DNA of 30,948 nucleotides, taken from Psammoneis japonica (Eukaryota). The notes below the pieces were generated by a model that ran no database searches, was not told the DNA's origin, and was given only the letters and a program-made list of their open reading frames with translations. Made by a program: the position numbers and the translations under genes. Every line of letters starts with the position of its first letter. Within the stretch, counting starts at the first letter, position 1. Below, piece by piece: positions 22,938 to 30,948 of the stretch. Location of the stretch: NCBI GenBank assembly GCA_008632985.1, contig QPGO01000067.1, positions 124,001-154,948 of the forward strand, read 5' to 3'.

Positions 22938-25253
22938 TCAAAAGAGAGGCGTCGTAGAAGCACACGAGCGCTGATGGGGAAACATCCCATCGTCTAGGTC
23001 GCCACGGCAAAAATCATTTGCAAGAACTGTAGCTTTCTCCGGCACACGACCAAATGGAGGTGCGCCACTTTCCTTGCCACCATAGATCTCAAAGCGCCTC
23101 TTGGCATGTAAATCTGCTTGAACAGAAGCAGATTCTGACAGTCTCGGCCTCATGGACAAATCAGTCATGCTGCTCGATTGATAAAGTGTCTCTTGATTAA
23201 TGAGGCGTTCTTTGGAGGGCAACCGTTGCCTCTCAAGCGCCTCTTCCATGCGCTGCGTGGTCTTGGCAGCATTCCCTTCCACTTGAGCCACTTGACGCTT
23301 CACATCGCAACCAAGACGCAACGACAATGGCATCTCGTGGTTTTTGTTGTGCTGCGAATGCCAAATACGGATACCGTCGAGATTTTGTCGCTGATGAGCA
23401 GAGTGCACGGCTTTTTCTAAAATCGCTTTGAGATAAATCTGAGTCGCTTCGCTCAAGACCGCAAGCGTCTCGTCGTTTGCAGCCTTTTCGTCATTGATCC
23501 ACACAACATTTCTGGGAGGTGGCGGTATTGGCATCCGAGCGTTTGTAGCATCATACTTTGGCTTGCCGGCATACTTTGGCTTGCCGGGAAGCTTGAAACC
23601 GCCCACGACAGGGTTTCCGCTGGCAATCACTTCAAGTCGATATTCCTGTAATTCTCGAAGACGCACCCTAGCCCAAGCCGGCCGTGCCGAAAGGACATTG
23701 CGGTTGTTCCATCCTTCGAGGAAACCTGGAAGAGATACCTGTTGGCCAGATACACGGGCAACAGCCTTTGGAGTGCGGCATAGGGAGGATAGGACGCCGC
23801 CTTCTCCATATAATAGCTTCTCTTGTTGCTCATCCAGATTGACATCTGCCTTATAATCCGTACCAAGGAGGGTTCCACAAGAAATCCAATCATAGCTGAC
23901 GGCGTGATCCAGAGTTTCCATCAAGTTCGAGTATTCACGTGGTGGAGATAATTCCGTACGTGTCGGTGATGCCGTTTCCACAGTAGGTTTTGTGGCCTGC
24001 TGCTGCTGCTGCTGCTGCTGTTGCTGCTGCTGTTGATTGGCTGGAGATTTCGATCTGCTTCTCTTTCCAGCTTTACCTCCCGCAGCGGAATTGGCGGGGG
24101 CCATTTTCCTCTTGTTGCGTTCCTTCTTTTTCGTTGGCTCTTTGGTAGCTACTGCTTTGCCAGGTGTAAGGCGAACGGCTGTTGCCTGAGACACAGATTG
24201 ACCACTTGCTGGTAGAACCTTTTTTCCATAGATCGATGCATGTTGCTTTGCGGCTTGAGCTGGACTGTGATTAGGTGGAGTTGCTCTCGTCTGAGCCGAT
24301 TGCTCCGCAGGAGATTTCGCACCCACCGCCACGTCTTGTCGTTGCTCTTGTGTCGCGGATATTTTCTGCGTCGCTGCATTGTGGCCTGAACTTGATACCC
24401 CATGATCTGATTGATTCGCTGCGGCTTGTCGAGCCATTTTCAACTCATGATGCTTCTTGGCTCTCTCCATGAATCGATTCATGAGCGGATTCCAATAGTC
24501 GTCACCGACAAGACGCCTGAGCTCACCGAACATGACGTGCGTAACACTTTCGTATCCAGCTTGACCCTGAGCCTGCTTCTCGCGAACCTCCTTGAGAATT
24601 ACCTCGGATTGAGTATACTTGTCGGGATGGGTTCGTTTCAATTCTCGTAATAAATACTTGGAAAAGAGGACTTGGAACGCCTTTTTCTGTTTCTCACTTT
24701 TCAATGCTGGTGGACTTGATATAGTGGCAGTCTTGGCGGCAGACGGATTCGGTAAGCTTCCTAGAGACAGAGGTGTACCATTGCTTCCGGTAGTTCCCAC
24801 GCTTAAGCTACCTGGCGTACTACACGATGGATTCTTTGGAGTGCCGGTTTGCTGCATTGGTGATATTTGATATGCGAAACGATTGGCACTATTCGCCTCA
24901 CTGGTGCCACTTGCGGGAGAAGCAAAGGAGAACTGTCGTTGAAGCAACCTTTCGTGATGCACAGCACGATTGTGCGTTGTTGTTGTTGGCGTCTGACGAA
25001 CCAGCGGAGACTGGGTGCTGCCAGTCGTGCGTACAGATAGCGGCGATTGGAGACTGATATTCGATCTGCGCGAGTCTCCTGTGGATGGAACCCCCTCGTC
25101 TGACGTCAAGTGAGCCTTTGATGGAGACATTAGCTGTTTTGCAGCCGTGGTGGAATTTGCCTCTGTGGTTTGATGGCTGTTCTCGTTATCGCTGTCATCA
25201 TCCGTCGAATCGCCCATTAGCATCGCCTCCATATGGTTTGGTGTTGTCGACAT
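22938..25253 (-). CDS. TAF4: TAF4-like TFIID subunit (low-complexity N-terminus, polyQ, C-terminal histone-fold-like region)
   Basis: Long open frame with probable start MSTTPNH at 25253. LAVLSEATQIYLKAILEKAVHSAHQRQNLD resembles the TAF4 histone-fold helix. Helical domain KYLLREL...LRRLVGDDYW. Confidence 0.6.
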   Translation of the reverse strand: MSTTPNHMEAMLMGDSTDDDSDNENSHQTTEANSTTAAKQLMSPSKAHLTSDEGVPSTGDSRRSNISLQSPLSVRTTGSTQSPLVRQTPTTTTHNRAVHHERLLQRQFSFASPASGTSEANSANRFAYQISPMQQTGTPKNPSCSTPGSLSVGTTGSNGTPLSLGSLPNPSAAKTATISSPPALKSEKQKKAFQVLFSKYLLRELKRTHPDKYTQSEVILKEVREKQAQGQAGYESVTHVMFGELRRLVGDDYWNPLMNRFMERAKKHHELKMARQAAANQSDHGVSSSGHNAATQKISATQEQRQDVAVGAKSPAEQSAQTRATPPNHSPAQAAKQHASIYGKKVLPASGQSVSQATAVRLTPGKAVATKEPTKKKERNKRKMAPANSAAGGKAGKRSRSKSPANQQQQQQQQQQQQQATKPTVETASPTRTELSPPREYSNLMETLDHAVSYDWISCGTLLGTDYKADVNLDEQQEKLLYGEGGVLSSLCRTPKAVARVSGQQVSLPGFLEGWNNRNVLSARPAWARVRLRELQEYRLEVIASGNPVVGGFKLPGKPKYAGKPKYDATNARMPIPPPPRNVVWINDEKAANDETLAVLSEATQIYLKAILEKAVHSAHQRQNLDGIRIWHSQHNKNHEMPLSLRLGCDVKRQVAQVEGNAAKTTQRMEEALERQRLPSKERLINQETLYQSSSMTDLSMRPRLSESASVQADLHAKRRFEIYGGKESGAPPFGRVPEKATVLANDFCRGDLDDGMFPHQRSCASTTPLF
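23998..24036 (-). repeat. CAG/CAA trinucleotide repeat encoding polyQ
   Basis: A (ctg)n/(ttg) run on the + strand gives about Q13 in the TAF4-like ORF. Confidence 0.9.
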
Positions 25254-25533
25254 TATTCCGGTGTGGTGGTCGGTCAGAGACTCAGGGCGATAGGAAGGAC
25301 TATCGTTCAGTGTCAGTAGCAATAAGCACAGGCCGAAGACTTTGTTGTTTCTGCTGCTGTTTGTTCGGAAAGTGCAACAGCAGCGGAGTTGTGTCGGGTG
25401 TCGGTGTCGCTCGGCACCAAGATCTCGAAATCGAATCGCGAGCTGTTTTGCAGTGTTTGCATTTTGCATGCATGTCTGAGCGTCTGCCCATCTCGTCTAT
25501 TTTTTTGGCGCGCGGTCGGTCGCTGGCTGCGTT

Positions 25534-25689
25534 GACTCCAACGATTGACGTCACCGTGGACATGATTTTTTGATAAATACAAATTATTTTAAAGTCTGAA
25601 TAAATTTATTTTTCACGTTTTGAAATACTTAGGTGAGTTTTGAGTTTGTTCTGACTTCAACCCGCGTGGCGAAGGTTGTCAGCCTTCAC
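25534..25689. repeat. 156-bp direct repeat, copy A
   Basis: Identical base for base to 30601-30756. AT-rich, with TGACGTCA at 25546-25553. Confidence 0.97.
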
Positions 25690-27900
25690 ACCTTCCGGGC
25701 AGCATTCTGCAGTCCAAGATGCTGCAACCGCGAGGCCATTTGGTGAGCAACTTGCCAGGCGGATTCCTCATTAGCCCCCATTCCGCGCAAGTCATCAACG
25801 AATGTTTTCATGTCGCCAGCAATTTCCTTGCGACGAGAATTCCACTTCATCACGAATGGTTTCTCCGTCTGGAAGTTGGGATCCCCTGGCAAGTTTAGGA
25901 GCAGCTTGTCGCATCCCATGACACTGGAGAGTCAGTTTGGATCGCCTCTGGCAATCTCATCGGCCCAACAAAATGCCCTCACCACCAAGTGAGGGCTGGG
26001 CCGCATCCCCATGAACAAACGGTTCCAACACTCGAACCAGGGCGTGCCCGTCGAGATCGACTCCTGGGACCCGAGACATGGCTTGAGAGGCGTTAAGTCG
26101 ATCCCCGCATGTGGCCGAATGTTGGGATCCATGAAGAAGTTTAAAAACATGTCGCCTGGGTCGAGATCCACTGAAAAGGTGGCACAAGTCATGCACCCCA
26201 GAACCGACGCAGGAGTGGGCAAGAAAAACGAGGGTGCCCAGAGGGCGTCGTTTGACCCCGAGGAGGTTCCGTCACAAACCATTCGCACGTCTTCAACGAT
26301 TTCCACCAAGCGACCATTCTGGGGTTCCACACGGACGGTTTTTGGGACCCAAAAACAATCAGTTAGACTGACCACCCTCCCACGATGGATGCAACCTTGG
26401 TCTCGGACCTTTTGAATCTTGTCCACCATCCTAAGAATCTCGTGCTCGGACCCCCGGATTCTCTGCCGTTGGCGATTGCGAGGGAGAGGGCCCTTGACAA
26501 ATGTCTGGATCCCATCTCGAGCCCCCACCCGCTGTTCCGGAGTGGGCCACCGCCAGAACAAAAGAGACGAACCTCGGTCCCAACTCCACCAGGAGCTGTC
26601 CAACACTTGCACCAACACCTCAGTCCCAAGGTGTGCGTCTAGAAGCAAGGGTGGGAGTGGAGGGTGGCGGCAAACCCCCCCCCTGAAGACGCCCGGTGGC
26701 GTCCCCAAAACGTCGGCGTTGTGTCGCCAGCATGGCGACCCAAGTCGGACCATGCTCCCGGCACAGATGGCCCAGAAAAGACTGAAGGGTCTTTCGCCGC
26801 CACCACCGGTGCGCCAAGTCCCAAAGGGCTGGCAAAGCCTCACCAGACCCCGGGAAAATCAAAGTGATCCTCTCATCCCACAACCGGAAAGGAGGGGCTG
26901 CCGCATCCCCCTTTGCAGCTTTCACCGTTGTGAGGGACACGTCGATCCAAGTGTGGGGCAAATGGCGTCCGAGAGTCGGCAGCCACGTTCCGGCCTGGCG
27001 GACCGGGACCCCGACCTCCGTGTTGTCACACACCATGCCCCCAGGTTGCAACGAATTCCGGGGCGTGTGATCAACAAGCGCCTCCACAAAAAGTGTGAGG
27101 AGATTCAACGGAACAAGAGGAAATCCCCGCTCGAAAGCCTGATGCACCTGAGGCATGCGGAAACGCAGGGGAAAATCCCAGGCCGCCAATGTCTCATCCA
27201 CAGACAGTGTGCGGGTGACCCAACCTGTCGGCGACCGATGCGATGGGTGCACGACTGGTCGGGTCAGAAACTGTGGGTTGAGATGGTCGCCCTCATTGTA
27301 AAATTCCCCACTCGGGTGTTGTGGCGATGGCGACCCGGGTGGCTTGTGGTCGATGATGTGCCCAATGGACCGCCGCAGGCCTCCATCAAAGACCGGAGTG
27401 GGAACCCCCCGCCAGAAGAGTGCAGTCCGAAAGGAAGTGACACCGCCCACCACCGCATGTGCAATGTCCCACCGCTGCAACTGGTTTGAACCTAGAAGAC
27501 TGCGACGCGAAAACGCTCCCACAGGGATCATGATCAAAGATCCCGACCGCATTGCATGAGCTGCGGACTCAAGGAACGAAGGTGGCCCCGACACGAACAC
27601 AACATCAACCCGCCTGGTCAGTTGTTCAACCCTTGCCCATGAGACCCGTGCCAAGGAGGCATTCAATTGGTTCCGAAACAGTTCCACCAACAGAGAACCC
27701 CAGTGGGAGTCGTCGCAGCAGTGACAAATGGCAGGCCATTCCTTTGGTCGCAAGGACAAGAGCCAGATTGGGGGACCGGAGGCGAGAATCAAGCAAGATC
27801 CTTGAAAACAGAAGGCCTTTCTGCCCCGCATGATGTGCCTTGGGTTGTTCGGCCTGTCGAACGAGACCTGGCCCTCCCCCGTGTCCTCCGTTCCCCATGA
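25690..27900 (-). pseudogene. Retroelement pol/reverse transcriptase, frameshifted, with one internal stop and 3' truncation
   Basis: Motifs SSWWSWDRGSSLLFWRWP, FWVPK, DVRMVCDGTSSG.NDALWAPSFFLP, DLDPGDMFLNF, MGMRPSPH, FVDDLR and LQHLGLQNAARK. TGA at 25932-25934, frameshift near 26640-26700. Confidence 0.85.
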
Positions 27901-27903
27901 ATT

Positions 27904-30343
27904 TCACTTCTTGCTCTCCAGAGCCTTAAGCCGACGAGTCAGGTCCTTAATTTCCGTTCGCAATTTGCCCAGCTCGACGTGCGCCGAGTCGCCTCGGGCC
28001 TGGGCTGACTTAGCCTCTGAGCCAGCGTTCTTGGCTTTCTCCGTTGGCGTCAGCACCGAAGATTGCAAATCAGTTGCCACCTCGAATCCCAAGTTTGTGG
28101 CCAGAAACTTGACGCATTCCGATGCCGTGGAAGGGTGGTCGGTAAATCCTAGAGAGGTGCACTCTGCCACAATGTCGTGGGTCCGAAACACCGCCCACAA
28201 AATCTTGCTGCACACTGCATCTGGGTCCGTCCCGGAAATGGAGGTAAAAACCCCGGAGCGCGCCTTGTGGATGTCCTCGAAAATGCGGTGAGTCAATTTA
28301 GTCGTCAAGGACCATGCTTGCTTCTTGGAGAACTTGCTCAGGTCGGTGAGTGATGCACAAGCAGAGTCCATAAACTGAATTAGCGCCCGAAGAAATGCCA
28401 CCGATTTCGACAATGCATCCCGGACTGCCTGACTTTCAAATGTTCCCGGTCTGATGCGTTGGCCAATGTCTTCCACAATGTCGCTCTCCGTTGTGGCGAT
28501 CTTCCCCTCGATGAAGTGCTTTGTTCCGACATTCCCCGAAGACCAGTGTTCGTGGGTCTCGATTTTATCCAAGCAAGAGGGGTGCAAACCCAAGGTCTGA
28601 GACGACTTCACAGATCCTGAGTCGAAGATCCGAGGCATGCGATGCTGGAAACCCGCCAGAGTTCGCGCGTCTTCCTCGGTGGCGATGTTCACACTCATTC
28701 GCTTGGCCCACTGAGATAAAAAGTGATGCAGAGCGGTCCAAGAGCAAGACGACATCAGTTGAGCACCCGCATGCCCTCGAGGGGAAATGCTGTGTCATCC
28801 AGGCTTGACACTCCTCGTAGGATGATGCGCCAACCCCCGAGAACTCAATGGCAGACTTGTCTGACTTTGCACGCAACTCACTCACAGCATGGTCCAGGCA
28901 TGTGACCCTTGCTTCCACGGACCCTTGATCGAATGAAGCGCTGTGAGGTGCAAACCCCGAACCAAACTGGGACTTGATCGACCTGACCTTTGAAGTGAGC
29001 TGTGTGCACACCCGAAGCATGTCATTCTTCAGGTTTTCCAGATCCGTGCGGCCAGCCGTCGATCCCATCCGATCTTGCATGTGTTGGAACTTCTCGTTGA
29101 AAGTTCTCACCAGATTGTTAGATTGGTTTCGCCACCCCGTCTCCACTTGTGTGACACGCTCGACTGGGCCCGGAGATTGGGTTCCGGCTTCCCGGGATGC
29201 AACGTTCGCCAGCACACCCCAAAGAGCAGGGGCAAGAAGAGCCTCATCAAACCCCTGGGTCGGTTCCCCGACAGACGCGTCGAGCTGATCCAGCTTCCGG
29301 CTTAGAATCTCAATCATGGACTCCGCAGCATGGAATCGCCAGCCAGCTTTGTCGCCAAAGTCGGCTGGCACTTCCCCGGCTTGCCTCAACCCATCCTCGT
29401 TCAACTGGACCACACGGGCCAACGCGGACGGACTTTTGTTTGCCGCTGGGAACTGCGCCGGGGCAGAGAGCATTCGTTTCTCGTACGGCGTGAACCCCTC
29501 CAGCACGACATCCTCTTGAAGGGTTGATGGTTCTGGCCACTGCTTCCGAGCCAGTGTCTTGAACTCGGCCGCCCTTTCATGCTCCCTCAGGGCGGGTTCG
29601 ACCTCGTCCTCGGTGGAGAAAGGTTCACCATTGCCCAGCACCAAGAATTTCTGCCGCCAACCGGCTGGTGCACCCGACTCGGCTTCCCACTTGACCAACA
29701 ATCCACCAGACATGTTCCCGCCGCTTGGGATGGGTTGACAAAAACCCGTGTCCGGGGACTTGAGGATTGCTGCCACACCCGACGCCGGAACACTCATCTT
29801 GCTGCCCTTGTGCCTTGCATTACACTCGCTTGCCTTCTTGAGACAGAAGGTGGCTCCTCTGCCCTTGATCCCCAAGCACCGGGGTGCCCCAATGGCCTCC
29901 AGCCAGGTGATTTGACAACGAGGCACATGCGAGGACAAAGAAGACGCACCTTCCCTCTCCGACTCGACCGTGCCTCCGACATCACCTGACAAATCCCGCC
30001 CAAAGAAACCAACCCGAGACGAGCGGGTTTCCCTCTGAACTGGGCGGGATGCGTTTCCTTCCAAAACGTGAGTTCCTGGAGGGTGGGGAATGACTTCTCC
30101 CAACTCCGCCCTGTCAATGTCCGACTGGGGATGACCACAACCCCCCGAAATGTCATCGCTTGTGCCTCGAGGATTTAAGCCCTCGTGACCCCCCCCCTGA
30201 CGCGCAGCCCCAGAGGGGCGAGCCTGAGGAGAGGGAGCCGCCGGAGAGCTCGACGAGAAAGGCGAGACAACATCCGACTCCAGTTGACGAGCTAAATCAA
30301 CGAACGCATCATCCGAGACACCCGAGGCGAAGAAATCCGACAT
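27904..30343 (-). pseudogene. Retroelement ORF1 (gag-like), frameshifted near 28740
   Basis: ORFs 28565-30397 and 27904-28755 join into one decayed frame from the ATG at 30343. Contains a Cys/His knuckle-like CLG..FCLK..C..RH, AWSLTTKL.RIF, ILWAVFRTHD, DHPSTASECVKFL and a C-terminal coiled coil. Confidence 0.7.
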
Positions 30344-30600
30344 GACAAGGGAGACTAAAAAGAAGAGTGCTTTTCCGAGCTTGAGTGATCCAGTCACGAT
30401 GATCAGGGTTCCTGTTCCAACAAAGCTGGAAAAGTGAGAGAAAAGAAAACCGAAGTTTGACCGGTCACAGTCAGAAGACTAGACCGAGTCATCTTGAGTC
30501 GGAAGTACCCTACTTCCGTCGCGGATCCAGCGAGAGGTCATAGTCATCGAGCGAGGTCGGTTTGAGTCAGTCCGTCTCCATCTAAACTTGGGTACGAGGA

Positions 30601-30756
30601 GACTCCAACGATTGACGTCACCGTGGACATGATTTTTTGATAAATACAAATTATTTTAAAGTCTGAATAAATTTATTTTTCACGTTTTGAAATACTTAGG
30701 TGAGTTTTGAGTTTGTTCTGACTTCAACCCGCGTGGCGAAGGTTGTCAGCCTTCAC
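30601..30756. repeat. 156-bp direct repeat, copy B
   Basis: Identical to 25534-25689. Confidence 0.97.
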
Positions 30757-30948
30757 GATGTGTTGGCACGGCATCAGCACGGCATTCTCCTTTCTGTTGA
30801 GCGCTTGCAAAGCGAGGACAGAGTCAGATTGACGCCAGACAAGTGCCTTTGCTTAGTCACAGATTGAAATCGTGACGCAATGAAACCAATGCCTGTTGTT
30901 CACAAACAGAGCAGCCAGTTCCGACGGTAGATGACCATGCTCCCACCC

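Larger units (their letters stand above)
25534..30756 (-). mobile_element. Truncated, mutated DIRS/Ngaro-like retroelement (gag-like ORF1 + RT) flanked by 156-bp direct repeats; no RNase H or recombinase visible
   Basis: RT motifs and an upstream gag-like ORF on the minus strand. No TG...CA LTR ends and no integrase. Superfamily assignment is from motif recall. Confidence 0.75.

Noticed and set aside
26419..27489. 356-aa plus-strand ORF inside the retroelement
   Set aside because: It is an antisense shadow of pol in GC-rich, stop-depleted DNA, with no recombinase or other motif.
25534..30756. Copia/Gypsy LTR retrotransposon
   Set aside because: The repeats lack TG...CA ends. No PBS, PPT, short TSD, protease or integrase is visible, and the RT motifs are of a different type.
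1..30948. CRISPR arrays, tRNA or rRNA genes
   Set aside because: No regularly spaced repeats or recognisable structural RNA sequences were seen.

Overview
Eukaryotic nuclear DNA, most likely from a diatom or related stramenopile. Evidence: short GT-AG introns, a signal peptide followed by an A|F plastid-targeting motif, and a diatom-type retroelement. Intact genes: an AztD-like secreted beta-propeller (partial, minus strand), an EGF-domain membrane protein, a six-exon Tudor + SNF2/RING helicase, a bacterial-type SAM methyltransferase, a plastid TIGR01777/SDR39U1-like epimerase and a TAF4-like gene. There are two decayed domains. One is about 13 kb (about 2.6-15.7 kb), a mosaic of pseudogene fragments including a gyrB exon and a secreted cephalotoxin/rapunzel-like Cys-rich gene. 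The other is a truncated DIRS/Ngaro-like retroelement (25.5-30.8 kb) bracketed by an identical 156-bp direct repeat. The main signal is a domain-restricted TpA->CpA/TpG (A:T->G:C) hypermutation, the opposite of fungal RIP and separable from CpG decay. Three lines of evidence support it: near-absence of TA, systematic Tyr->His/Cys changes in conserved motifs, and base differences between two in-window copies of a repeat. All dinucleotide counts are by-eye estimates, and family assignments come from motif recall rather than database searches.
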